From Chthoniobacterales bacterium (lineage in GTDB: Bacteria; Verrucomicrobiota; Verrucomicrobiia; Chthoniobacterales; Chthoniobacteraceae): a stretch of DNA of 64,000 nucleotides. Location: positions 1 to 64,000 of the forward strand of contig JBBQZX010000031.1 of NCBI GenBank assembly GCA_038207335.1. Reading direction: 5' to 3'. Made by a program: the position numbers and the translations under genes. Of the stretch, positions 19,888-28,665 are shown in pieces. The notes below the pieces were generated by a model. The model worked only from the letters and a program-made list of their open reading frames with translations. It was not told where the DNA came from and did no database searches. Within the stretch, counting starts at the first letter, position 1, and each line of letters opens with the position of its first letter.

Positions 19888-19953
19888 AAAGATCGGCGAG
19901 CGTTTGCGCGAATGCAGCGCGACCGTAAAAGCGCGCGACGGATGTTCAAACGG

Positions 19954-19968
19954 TTTTAGGTAGATTCT
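19954..19968. promoter_or_regulatory. Candidate regulatory motif shared with the second PEP-CTERM gene
   Basis: TTTTAGGTAGATTCT versus TTTTAGGTAAAGTCT at 63572-63586 (13/15). Confidence 0.4.
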
Positions 19969-19999
19969 GAGCGACTTCTCGAGTGGGAAGCCCCGCAAA

Positions 20000-20046
20000 G
20001 GTGGAGCACGCGACCCGCGTGCCGTTTGCGGCAACCCGGCGCAAAC
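20000..20046 (+). repeat. REP-like palindromic repeat, copy A2
   Basis: GGTGGAGCACGCGACCCGCGTGCCGTTTGCGGCAACCCGGCGCAAAC; matches the reverse complement of 74-119. Confidence 0.75.
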
Positions 20047-20120
20047 GCCCGACACCGCGCGCAACAACCCGGCGCACTTTTCAAAATCCTCAAATCCGAT
20101 TCCCGCGATACCGTAACCAC

Positions 20121-20978
20121 ATGATCTGGAAAACTCGCACGCGCACCCTCGACCTCTCGCGGCGCGGGCTCGTGATGGGCGTGCTGAATGTGACGCCGGA
20201 TTCCTTTTCCGACGGCGGACGCTGGGTCGATGTCGAGGCCGCGGTCGCACACGGGATCGCGATGGCGGAGGCCGGTGCGGAGATCATCGACGTCGGCGGC
20301 GAATCCACGCGCCCGGGCGCGGAGCCGGTCGGGGCGGAGGAGGAGACGCGGCGCGTGGAGGAGGTCGTGAGGAGGCTGAAGACGGTTTTTACGTGGACGA
20401 AATGCGGGGAAAAAGCGCCCGTAATCTCCATCGACACGATGAAGCCGAATGTCGCACAGGCGGCGGTGAAGGCGGGCGCGGAGATCATCAATGACGTGAG
20501 CGGGCTCCGCAGCGTGGAGATGCGCGATGTCGTGCGTGAGACGGGCACGGGCGTGATCGCGATGCACATGCAGGGGACGCCGCGCGAGATGCAGACCGCT
20601 CCGCATTACGACGACGTTTGCGGCGAAATTCGGGATTATTTTCGACAAGTTTTTGACCAGTGCCTAGGCTGCGGCATCAACACGACCCGCATCGCTTTTG
20701 ACCCCGGGATTGGCTTCGGAAAAACCGTGGCGCACAATCTCGCCATCCTGCGCGGCCTTGATTCCATGCGGGTCGGCGGGCGACCGCTCGTGCTCGGCGT
20801 GTCACGCAAATCGTTTCTGGGGAAGATCATCGGGTCGGAGAAAACCGAGGACAGCGAGTGGCCGACAGTCGCGCTCACGGCCTACGGCCGCAGCCACGGC
20901 GCGAATGTCGTGCGCGTGCATGACGTGCGGCCCAACGTGGAGGCGCTTCGAATGATCGAGGCGATTTTGGAGCCGTGA
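20121..20978 (+). CDS. folP: Dihydropteroate synthase
   Basis: VMGVLNVTPDSFSDGG, DVGGESTRPG, ISIDT, INDVSG, DPGIGFGK, GVSRKSF, RVHDV. Confidence 0.96.
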   Translation: MIWKTRTRTLDLSRRGLVMGVLNVTPDSFSDGGRWVDVEAAVAHGIAMAEAGAEIIDVGGESTRPGAEPVGAEEETRRVEEVVRRLKTVFTWTKCGEKAPVISIDTMKPNVAQAAVKAGAEIINDVSGLRSVEMRDVVRETGTGVIAMHMQGTPREMQTAPHYDDVCGEIRDYFRQVFDQCLGCGINTTRIAFDPGIGFGKTVAHNLAILRGLDSMRVGGRPLVLGVSRKSFLGKIIGSEKTEDSEWPTVALTAYGRSHGANVVRVHDVRPNVEALRMIEAILEP

Positions 20979-21853
20979 ATTTGGGCTCATTCATTGGCCG
21001 GCATTGGCGCGATCTCGTCGAAATCGGCATTCTGTGGGCGGCGATTTACAACGCTTGGATTTTCTTCCGCGGCACGCGCGGAGCCAAAGTGCTGACAGGG
21101 CTCGCGGTCATCCTGCTCGCAATCGTGCTGTGCTCAGAAATCTTCGAGCTGCCCGAGATTAGCTGGCTCTTTCGCAATCTCGTCACCGTGCTCGCATTCG
21201 CGCTCGTCGTGATCTTCCAGCCCGAGCTGCGACGCGCGCTGGCGGCGCTCGGGAGCAGCCGATTTTTCGCGACCGTCACTCAGCGCCGCGAGACCGTGGA
21301 GGCGCTGACGGAGACGACTTTCGAGCTCGCGAATCGCCAACTCGGTGCGCTCATCGCGATCGAGCGCGACACGAATATCGACAACTTCGCGGAAACCGGC
21401 ACGCCGCTCGATTGCGAGCTTTCGCCCGATCTCGTCGTCAGCATTTTTTTCCCAAAAACCCCGCTGCACGACGGCGCGCTGGTGATCCGAAACGACCGCA
21501 TTGTCTCCGCCGCCTGCGTGCTGCCGGTCTCCCAGCGCGTCGATCTCGACCGCACGCTCGGCACGCGGCATCGCGCGGCGCTCGGACTCACGGAGGAGTC
21601 GGATGCAGCGGTGATCGTCGTGAGCGAAGAGACCGGGATCGTGTCGATTTGCCACCGCGGACAGATCGAGCGGAACTTCGATCCGGCGAGCTTCAAGCAG
21701 CGGATCGGCGAACTCCTTTTACTCCAAAAAGATGAAGACCCTGAAACGAATCGTCCTGCATCACTGGGTCGCGAAGCTCGCGGCTCTGGCCCTGGCCATC
21801 ACGCTGTGGGCCGCGATCCGCAAGAGCATCCGCACGACCGAATTGCCTTCTAG
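20975..21853 (+). CDS. cdaA: Diadenylate cyclase CdaA/DacA (c-di-AMP synthase)
   Basis: Three N-terminal TM helices, VIFQPELRRAL, catalytic TPLHDGA and GTRHRAALG. Confidence 0.93.
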   Translation: MNLGSFIGRHWRDLVEIGILWAAIYNAWIFFRGTRGAKVLTGLAVILLAIVLCSEIFELPEISWLFRNLVTVLAFALVVIFQPELRRALAALGSSRFFATVTQRRETVEALTETTFELANRQLGALIAIERDTNIDNFAETGTPLDCELSPDLVVSIFFPKTPLHDGALVIRNDRIVSAACVLPVSQRVDLDRTLGTRHRAALGLTEESDAAVIVVSEETGIVSICHRGQIERNFDPASFKQRIGELLLLQKDEDPETNRPASLGREARGSGPGHHAVGRDPQEHPHDRIAF

Positions 21854-21917
21854 GTTCCAGTTCGACGCAGGCGAAAAATTCCAGTTTGAATCGCGCGGAT
21901 ATGCCCCAACCAAGTAA
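21732..21917 (+). CDS. 61-aa membrane peptide resembling the N-terminal anchor of CdaR/YbbR
   Basis: HHWVAKLAALALAITLWAAI resembles the NW..K..SL..A..LW anchor of YbbR; sits in the cdaR position between cdaA and glmM. Confidence 0.6.
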   Translation: MKTLKRIVLHHWVAKLAALALAITLWAAIRKSIRTTELPSRFQFDAGEKFQFESRGYAPTK

Positions 21918-23307
21918 GTCCGGCTCCGAGCCGCCACGCAAAATCTTCGGCACAGATGGTGTCCGCGGCGTTGCAAATATCGAGCCCGTAACCGCCGAGA
22001 CTGCGCTGAAACTCGGCCGCGCAGCGGCGCACGTCTTGATGGAAATGAGCGCGAAAGCCGGCCGCACCGGTGGACGCGCAAAGATCGTAATCGGCAAAGA
22101 CACGCGCCTCTCGGGCTACATGCTCGAGAATGCGCTCGCCGCCGGAGTGATGTCGCTTGGGGCCGATGTGCTCTTGATCGGGCCGCTGCCGACGCCCGGC
22201 GTGGCCTACATCACGCGCTCGCTGCGCGCCGACGCCGGCATCGTACTCAGCGCCTCTCACAACCCGTATGAAGACAACGGGATCAAATTTTTCCGCCACG
22301 ACGGATACAAGCTCGACGACGAAATCGAGCAGCGAATCGAGTCCCTCGTATTCAGCGGCGACATCGAATCAATCCGCCCGACTGAGGGAAAAATCGGACG
22401 CGCCACGCGCATCGACGACGCCCTCGGGCGCTACGTGGAATTTGCGAAAGCGAGCTTTCCTCGTGGCATGACGCTTGAGCACATGCGGGTCGCGATCGAT
22501 GTCGGACACGGTGCGGCTTACAAGTCGTCGCCGTGCATTTTGCGCGAACTCGGTGCCGATGTGACGGTCTGCAACAACGAGCCGACAGGCCGCAATATCA
22601 ACCTCAACTGCGGCAGCACGCACCCCGAAGAGATCCAGCGGATCGTGAAGGAATCGGACGCTCAGGTCGGCATCAGTCACGACGGCGATGCCGATCGTGT
22701 CTTGCTCTGCGATGAGAATGGGGAGCTCGTCGATGGGGATGAGATCATGGCGATCGCGGCGCTGGATTGGATCAAAAGCGGGCGGCTCCGGCAGAACACT
22801 CTCGTCTCGACGATCATGAGCAACTTCGGCCTCGACGAAACTTTGACGAAAGGCGGCGGGCGCGTGATTCGGACGAAAGTCGGCGACCGGTACGTGATCG
22901 AGGCAATGATGAAGGGCGACCTAAATGTCGGCGGCGAGCAAAGCGGGCACATGATTTTCCGCGACTTCACGACGACCGGCGACGGGATCATCAGTGCGTT
23001 GCAAATCCTGCGGATCATGGTCGAAACCGGAAAGCCGCTCAGCGAGCTGAAGCGCTGCCTTTCCAAATATCCGCAAGCCCAGCGCAACCTCCGCGTCCGC
23101 GAAAAGCGGGCACTGGAACAACTCCCCGAAGTGCTGAAGCTCGTGCAGGAAACCGAGCGCGAACTCGACGGCGCGGGCCGCGTGCTGCTGCGCTACTCCG
23201 GCACCGAGCCAAAAATCCGCCTGCTCATCGAAGGCCGTGACGGCGACCGAATCAACGCGCAAGCCGACCGCATCGCCGGGCTGATCGCCGAGACGATCGG
23301 GGAGTGA
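21901..23307 (+). CDS. glmM: Phosphoglucosamine mutase
   Basis: FGTDGVRG, GKDTRLSGYMLE, SASHNP, DGDADR, VGDRYV, GGEQSGH, RYSGTEP. Confidence 0.96.
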   Translation: MPQPSKSGSEPPRKIFGTDGVRGVANIEPVTAETALKLGRAAAHVLMEMSAKAGRTGGRAKIVIGKDTRLSGYMLENALAAGVMSLGADVLLIGPLPTPGVAYITRSLRADAGIVLSASHNPYEDNGIKFFRHDGYKLDDEIEQRIESLVFSGDIESIRPTEGKIGRATRIDDALGRYVEFAKASFPRGMTLEHMRVAIDVGHGAAYKSSPCILRELGADVTVCNNEPTGRNINLNCGSTHPEEIQRIVKESDAQVGISHDGDADRVLLCDENGELVDGDEIMAIAALDWIKSGRLRQNTLVSTIMSNFGLDETLTKGGGRVIRTKVGDRYVIEAMMKGDLNVGGEQSGHMIFRDFTTTGDGIISALQILRIMVETGKPLSELKRCLSKYPQAQRNLRVREKRALEQLPEVLKLVQETERELDGAGRVLLRYSGTEPKIRLLIEGRDGDRINAQADRIAGLIAETIGE

Positions 23308-23945
23308 AAAGCCTCTTCCTCACCGGCACCGACACCGATGTCGGCAAGACCTACGTGGCAGCGCTCATCTTGCGCGCGCTGCGCGCGGAGGGGATCGATG
23401 CCGTCGGAATGAAGCCAATTTGCTGCGGCGATCGCACCGATGCACTGCTGCTCCACACCGCTTCCGACGGCTGCGCGGAACTCAACGACATCAACCCCGT
23501 CTGGCTGCGAACGCCCGCTGCGCCTTACACGGCGGCGATGATCGAAAATCGCGCGATTGATCTGGCGCTCATCCGCGAGACGTTTGCGAAGCTCCGCGAG
23601 GCGCATGAATGCGTGATCGTCGAGGGCGTCGGCGGCTGGCGCGTGCCGATCACGGACGCGTATTTTCTGAGCGACCTCGCGGCGGAATTCGCGCTCCCCG
23701 TCGCCGTCGTCGTCGCGAATCGCCTAGGCGCGATCAACCACGCGCTGCTCACCGTCGAGTCGATCCGAGCCAGCGGCCAGAACTGCGCCGGCGTGATTTT
23801 CAACGAACTCCCCGGCACCGAACCCGGCATCCCCACGACCACGAACCGCTCGGTGCTCGAATCCCTTTTGGCGGTGCCGATACTGTTCGATGTGGGCTGC
23901 AACGAACAGGTATCCGCCTCCATCGTGTCGAGGCTGCGCGTCTGA
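23304..23945 (+). CDS. bioD: Dethiobiotin synthase
   Basis: FLTGTDTDVGKT, MKPI, VEGVGGW, LGAINHALLT. Confidence 0.93.
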   Translation: MKSLFLTGTDTDVGKTYVAALILRALRAEGIDAVGMKPICCGDRTDALLLHTASDGCAELNDINPVWLRTPAAPYTAAMIENRAIDLALIRETFAKLREAHECVIVEGVGGWRVPITDAYFLSDLAAEFALPVAVVVANRLGAINHALLTVESIRASGQNCAGVIFNELPGTEPGIPTTTNRSVLESLLAVPILFDVGCNEQVSASIVSRLRV

Positions 23946-24018
23946 CATCGCTACACTTGTGTCATGAATTCGGTCGCTCTAAAGCACTTCCCGCTGACCG
24001 GTTCTCTGTAAAATCGCA

Positions 24019-24035
24019 CTGGCATCGGCGTTGCT
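24019..24035 (+). promoter_or_regulatory. Sigma54 -24/-12 promoter for the SRPBCC-like gene
   Basis: CTGGCATCGGCGTTGCT: TGGCA...TTGCT with GG-N10-GC spacing, ending 17 nt before ATG 24053. Confidence 0.65.
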
Positions 24036-24052
24036 CCCATCTGCGGCACGCC

Positions 24053-24535
24053 ATGCTCATCCAAAAGACTTTCCACGTCCGCGACGGACTCGACCGCACA
24101 AAAGCCCGCCTCCGCGATTTTCCCAGCTACCGGCGCTCGCTCGAAATCGTCGATGTGTCCTCGCTCCTCGGCTGCCAGCCGCTCCGCTTCGCCTTCGTCT
24201 CCGGCAACGGCTTCCGCGCCAATGTGGAACTCGAAACGCTGGACTCCGAGAACCCCAACCAAACCCTTTTCCGCTCCACCGGCGGCAACATGAGCGTCGC
24301 CGGACTCGTCGAGTTCATCGCCATCCGCGACGACCTGACCGAAGTTCAGCTCACGATCGACTACTCCGTGACTTCGCCAATCCACAGCGTCCTCGACGCC
24401 GTCACCGGCACCATCGACCGCTTTGTCACGCGCCAGCTCCGCCGCCTGCAGGCGACGCTCGCCGGCGCCCCGCACGAGCCGGCAGCAAGCGGCCGGAGCG
24501 ATGCCACTTTCAGACAGCCACAGCTCGCGCGCTGA
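24053..24535 (+). CDS. Hypothetical protein, SRPBCC/START-like fold
   Basis: 160 aa, alternating beta strands with GxVEF...TEVQLTIDY and a long C-terminal helix. Confidence 0.55.
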   Translation: MLIQKTFHVRDGLDRTKARLRDFPSYRRSLEIVDVSSLLGCQPLRFAFVSGNGFRANVELETLDSENPNQTLFRSTGGNMSVAGLVEFIAIRDDLTEVQLTIDYSVTSPIHSVLDAVTGTIDRFVTRQLRRLQATLAGAPHEPAASGRSDATFRQPQLAR

Positions 24536-24559
24536 GCGGACACTTTCGGGGGAAAAGCG

Positions 24560-24594
24560 GGCGGCTCGTGCCCCAACCGCGGGCATGAGCCGCC
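24560..24594. terminator. 14-bp hairpin between the convergent SRPBCC gene and tRNA-Pro
   Basis: GGCGGCTCGTGCCC-caaccgc-GGGCATGAGCCGCC; TTTT follows on the minus strand. Confidence 0.7.
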
Positions 24595-24616
24595 TCAGCT
24601 ATTCCAAAAGGTGAAG

Positions 24617-24693
<77 letters not shown>

Positions 24694-24799
24694 AGACTGC
24701 AGCGGACGGTGACTATGGCGCGGACCGGTTTCTCCGCAAGGTTTTCCCGCACTCTTTTCTGCTCACTTCGCGCCCGCGGACAGCGATACGCTCGCCGTC

Positions 24800-26209
24800 A
24801 TGCGTGTGAAAATCCTCCCTCTCGTGCTCCTCTGCATCGGCGTGTGCGCTCCGGCTTTTGCCGCGCAGCGGCTGAAGGTCAGCGACAACAAGCACTTCAT
24901 CGTCCGCGACGACGGCTCGCCCTTCTTCTACCTCGGCGACACCGCATGGGAGCTCTTCCACCGCCTGAGCCGTGAAGACGCCGAGACGTATCTGAAAGAC
25001 CGCGCCGCCAAGGCCTTCACCATCATCCAGTGCGTCGCGCTGGCGGAGGAAGACGGGCTGCACATTCCCAATGCCTACGGTTTCACCCCGCTCATCGGCG
25101 ACGACCCGACGACGCCCGACGTCAAGGCCGGCCCGCAGAACGACTACTGGGACCACGTCGATTTCATCGTGGAAAAGGCCAACTCCCTCGGGCTCACGGT
25201 CGGTTTCCTCCCGACTTGGGGCGACAAGTGGAACAAGAAGTGGGGCGTCGGCCCCGAGATTTTCACCCCGGAAAATGCCGCCATCTACGGCGAATGGCTC
25301 GGCCGGCGGTATCGCGAAAAAGACCTCATCTGGATTCTCGGCGGCGACCGCCCCATCGAAAACGATCGGCATCTCGAAATCCTCCGCGCCATGGCGCGCG
25401 GATTGAAAAAGGGCGACGGCGGCGCCCACCTCATCACCCTCCATCCCAGCGGCGGCAGCGGCTCCGCCGACAAGCTCCACGGCGAAGACTGGCTTGACTT
25501 CAACATGCGCCAGAACGGCCACGTCGCCGAATACGCCCGCTACGCCCTCACCCACACCGACTACCTCCGCACCCCCACCAAGCCCGTCCTCGATGCCGAG
25601 CCCATCTACGAAGACCACCCCATCTCCTTCAAGGCCGCCGACTTCGGCCACTCCGTCGCCGCCGATGTCCGCCGCCCCCTCTACTGGGACCTCTTCGGCG
25701 GCGCGTGCGGCCACACCTACGGGCACCACTCCATTTGGCAATTCGCCGCCCCCGGCCGCAAGCCCGTCAACAACCCCCTTCTCCCCTGGCCCGACGCCCT
25801 CCAGCAGCCCGGCGCCGCGCAGATGCAGCTCGGCCGCCACCTCATCGAATCCCGCCCCATCCTCACCCGCATCCCAGACGACACCCTCATCGTCACCGCC
25901 GCAGTCCCCACCGCCGTCCCCGGCGCCGGCCGCTATCGCTACACCGCCACGCGCGACGCCGCCGGCACATTCGCCATGATCTACGTCCCCTGCGGGCGCC
26001 CCTTCGCCATCCACATGGATAAAATCACAGGCGCGAAAATCACAGCCACCTGGTTCGACCCGCGCACCGGAAAAACCGAACCCATCGGCACCTTCCCCAA
26101 CACCGGCGAGCGCACCTTCACCCCGCCCGCCCCCGGCGAAGACCTCGACTGGGTCCTCGTCCTCGACGACGCCGCAAAAAACTACCCCCCGCCCGGCCAG
26201 CCCCACTGA
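24800..26209 (+). CDS. GH140 (apiosidase-like, DUF4038) glycoside hydrolase with C-terminal beta-sandwich domain
   Basis: Signal peptide; [62 protein letters not shown]. Confidence 0.85.
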   Translation: MRVKILPLVLLCIGVCAPAFAAQRLKVSDNKHFIVRDDGSPFFYLGDTAWELFHRLSREDAETYLKDRAAKAFTIIQCVALAEEDGLHIPNAYGFTPLIGDDPTTPDVKAGPQNDYWDHVDFIVEKANSLGLTVGFLPTWGDKWNKKWGVGPEIFTPENAAIYGEWLGRRYREKDLIWILGGDRPIENDRHLEILRAMARGLKKGDGGAHLITLHPSGGSGSADKLHGEDWLDFNMRQNGHVAEYARYALTHTDYLRTPTKPVLDAEPIYEDHPISFKAADFGHSVAADVRRPLYWDLFGGACGHTYGHHSIWQFAAPGRKPVNNPLLPWPDALQQPGAAQMQLGRHLIESRPILTRIPDDTLIVTAAVPTAVPGAGRYRYTATRDAAGTFAMIYVPCGRPFAIHMDKITGAKITATWFDPRTGKTEPIGTFPNTGERTFTPPAPGEDLDWVLVLDDAAKNYPPPGQPH

Positions 26210-26223
26210 CCCGCGACTTTTCC

Positions 26224-26933
26224 ATGAAAAACAACCTCCTCATCGCCTCCGCTGCCCTCCTCCTCGCCGCGGCCGGCTAGGCTCGTCGGCGCCCGCCTGC
26301 ACGCACGCCCCACGACACGACCGGCAGCGACGCGTCCGCTTCACAAAAAGCGCCCACCTCGGGAAATAGCGCGAACATTCAAGCCGAACCAAAGCCCGTC
26401 CCCAGCGACGTCATCGAGAAAGCCGCGCCCATGCCAGCGCCGTTTTCGCTTCGACCTCGAGCGGGACGGAGGCCGCTCTCGCGCTTTTCGAGTCCATTCG
26501 CGATTTCTCCTGCGGAGAAAAAGCCGGCATCCTCGAAAAAATCGCAACCCCCTGGATCGCCCGCGACGCCCCCGCCCCCATGGCTTCGGCCGATGCCCTC
26601 CCGCCCGGCCCAGTCCGCGAATCCGCCCTCGGCGAATTCGCCGCCGCATGGACCGAGCACGACGACTCCCAAATCCAGGCCGCCCTCGCCCGCCTCCCCC
26701 AGGACGCTGGAAAATCAGCCGCCGTCGAAGGCTTCGCCCGCGCCATCTTCGACACCGACCCCGACGCATCCCTCCGCACCCTCCGCGCCTTCCCCGGCGA
26801 AGCCAACCGCATCGCCCGCCTCACCCGAGTCTACTCCCACTGGGAGCAGTCCAACTCCGCCAGCGCCCGCGACTGGCTCACAAACGTCCCCCTCACCCCC
26901 GCCGAGCGCACCGCACTGCAGCAGCAGCCGTGA
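26224..26933 (+). pseudogene. Disrupted paralog of the 3515-4795 helical-repeat protein family
   Basis: Signal-peptide start MKNNLLIASAALLLAAAG hits TAG at 26278; a downstream frame encodes WIARDAPAP..ALPPGPVRESAL, DTDPDASL, WEQSNSASARDWL, collinear with the C-terminus of 3515-4795. Confidence 0.6.
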
Positions 26934-26976
26934 CTCCGACGACAGGACTTTCTCGAAAACTCAAGCCTTCGAGTAC

Positions 26977-27024
26977 CGCACCCGCCCCGCGTGCCGGTCG
27001 AGCCGTCCCGAGTGGGCGGACTTT
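26977..27024 (+). repeat. REP-like repeat, copy B2 (between convergent genes)
   Basis: 34/48 ungapped identity to the reverse complement of 3443-3490; shares the GCAC..CCCGCGTGCCG core with copies A1/A2. Confidence 0.6.
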
Positions 27025-27053
27025 TTGAGGTGTGAAACGACGGACAGACATCA

Positions 27054-28421
27054 TCACTGCATCGGCCCGATGCTCAACCACCCGGGAGCATCGCGATCTT
27101 GCTCGGCGTTGGCGAAGCGGATGCTTTTGCCGCCCGGCATGGGATTGATGACCCGCAGGGCGAGCATCAGTGGAGCGCGGCCCAGCTTCGCCACATCGAG
27201 GGTGGCGATCCATTCACGAGGGGCATCGCCGGGAAGCAGACCCGTGATTTTCCAATCCACTGGCCAGCTCTGCGCGATGTGTCCCTCAGCATCCAAGGCG
27301 GCGACTTCGAGACGCCAGTCGCGGTAAAACGGAGCGACCCCTTGATTGATCACGTTCACAGTGAGCTTCACCCGCCCTCCCTCCTGAGTGATCGTGGCGG
27401 CGGGCACATGGAAATCGTAACCCATGCGGCGCACCTGCTCGGCAGCCCGGCGATAGCGTTCGGCATCGGCCCTCTTTTTGAAAAGACCGCTCTCCAGCAG
27501 CCAGGAAACATGAGTTTGCTCCACGCAGGTGAGGAAGTCCTGAGCCTTCGGGTGCTCTGGCTTGGCGTCGTGAATCTGGCCCCAGACCTCGGGTCGCACC
27601 TCGCCGCCGATGGGTTGCGTGCGCCATTTGTTCAAGGCGCCTTCGCCGGCTACCTTTAGCATCCGCATGTAGAACCAACCGCTGCTCTCTTCACCCAGGT
27701 CCAGCGTCCCCCATGCGAAGGAATCATCATGATAGCCAAAGGGCAGATTCGCATTTGCCGCGAAGTGACCTTCGCCCGCCGGATAACGCAGCAGCACGGG
27801 CGTACGTTTCAGCGCCTTCTCATAGGCAGCAAGCACGCGCCCCTGAGTCTGGACAGAGGCAAATAAATCCGCGCGCGGCCAAGTGTGCCACTCCCCCCAA
27901 GAGCCAAGCAGCCCGGCAGTGATGTAAGCGATGCGCGGATCGCCATCGTAGCGCTTCCCAAGCGCGGCGATAAAGCTCTCCAGCGCCTGCACGAATCGCT
28001 CATCCGAGTAGTCGGGACTGTAACACACATCGGCGGGTGATTTCTCGGTGCCGTTCGTCCACTCAGTGACTTTCACCCCCTGATCGCGCAGAAACTTCGG
28101 CAAGCCGGATTTCTGCCCCGGATACTCCACCCATACACGGAAGATGGCTTGGTTCCCCCGCGATGCGATATCACCGAGCAGCGCCTCCAAAGGTTGCCAA
28201 TTAAATGACTCCGCGCCGAGCATGAGGTCTGACAGCGGAATATATTGGAACTCCATGCTGTGAGGGAAGGCATCTCCCGCCATGTTGGAGAAAGGAACGA
28301 GCCCCTTGAGCGGATTGTCCGCAGGGGATGGTGCAGACGTCAGCCTCGGAAGGTCGGCGCGAATCTCTGGAGTCGTCATCAGCGCGATGACCCAGATGAC
28401 GATAAGTCTAAAGGCAACCAT
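27054..28421 (-). CDS. Secreted putative glycoside hydrolase, DUF4832-type (GH-A-like TIM barrel + beta-sandwich)
   Basis: Signal peptide; NPLKGLVP, YDGDPRIAY..GLLGSWGEWH, PIGGE, MGYDF, NQGVAPFY. Confidence 0.65.
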   Translation of the reverse strand: MVAFRLIVIWVIALMTTPEIRADLPRLTSAPSPADNPLKGLVPFSNMAGDAFPHSMEFQYIPLSDLMLGAESFNWQPLEALLGDIASRGNQAIFRVWVEYPGQKSGLPKFLRDQGVKVTEWTNGTEKSPADVCYSPDYSDERFVQALESFIAALGKRYDGDPRIAYITAGLLGSWGEWHTWPRADLFASVQTQGRVLAAYEKALKRTPVLLRYPAGEGHFAANANLPFGYHDDSFAWGTLDLGEESSGWFYMRMLKVAGEGALNKWRTQPIGGEVRPEVWGQIHDAKPEHPKAQDFLTCVEQTHVSWLLESGLFKKRADAERYRRAAEQVRRMGYDFHVPAATITQEGGRVKLTVNVINQGVAPFYRDWRLEVAALDAEGHIAQSWPVDWKITGLLPGDAPREWIATLDVAKLGRAPLMLALRVINPMPGGKSIRFANAEQDRDAPGWLSIGPMQ

Positions 28422-28581
28422 TATGCCGTCATGCCGAGTGGATCATCTGTGTTCGATGTAGCTTTGGGCGAGCACTTCTCCCAATCGCACAATCCCCGCC
28501 GTGGTGATGACTAGTTTCTCTTACTGCGGAGGTAGATCAAAGACTTTAAAGATTCGATCGGCATGGCGCCACACGCTGCGT

Positions 28582-28610
28582 TTTAGGATGACGAGAAGGA
28601 GCATCCTAAA
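28582..28610. terminator. AT-rich inverted repeat downstream of the sulfatase (terminator or operator)
   Basis: TTTAGGATG-N11-CATCCTAAA. Confidence 0.4.
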
Positions 28611-28665
28611 GAGGTGGACAGTGAGTTCAAAAAAAACCTGGCGAAAACAGGAAGTCTTGGCGGCC

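Noticed and set aside
20975..21853. Nucleotide cyclase as a CBASS/Pycsar-like system
   Set aside because: It is a standard membrane DAC in the folP-cdaA-glmM context with no effector gene.
24713..26206. Long antisense ORFs (497 aa here; also 43116-44522, 51328-53106, 52677-54656, 57153-58883)
   Set aside because: Shadow frames of well-supported genes in high-GC DNA; no motifs.
26431..27327. 298-aa Pro/Ser-rich ORF
   Set aside because: Product of the C-rich skew in an alternate frame of the pseudogene; runs antisense into the DUF4832 gene.
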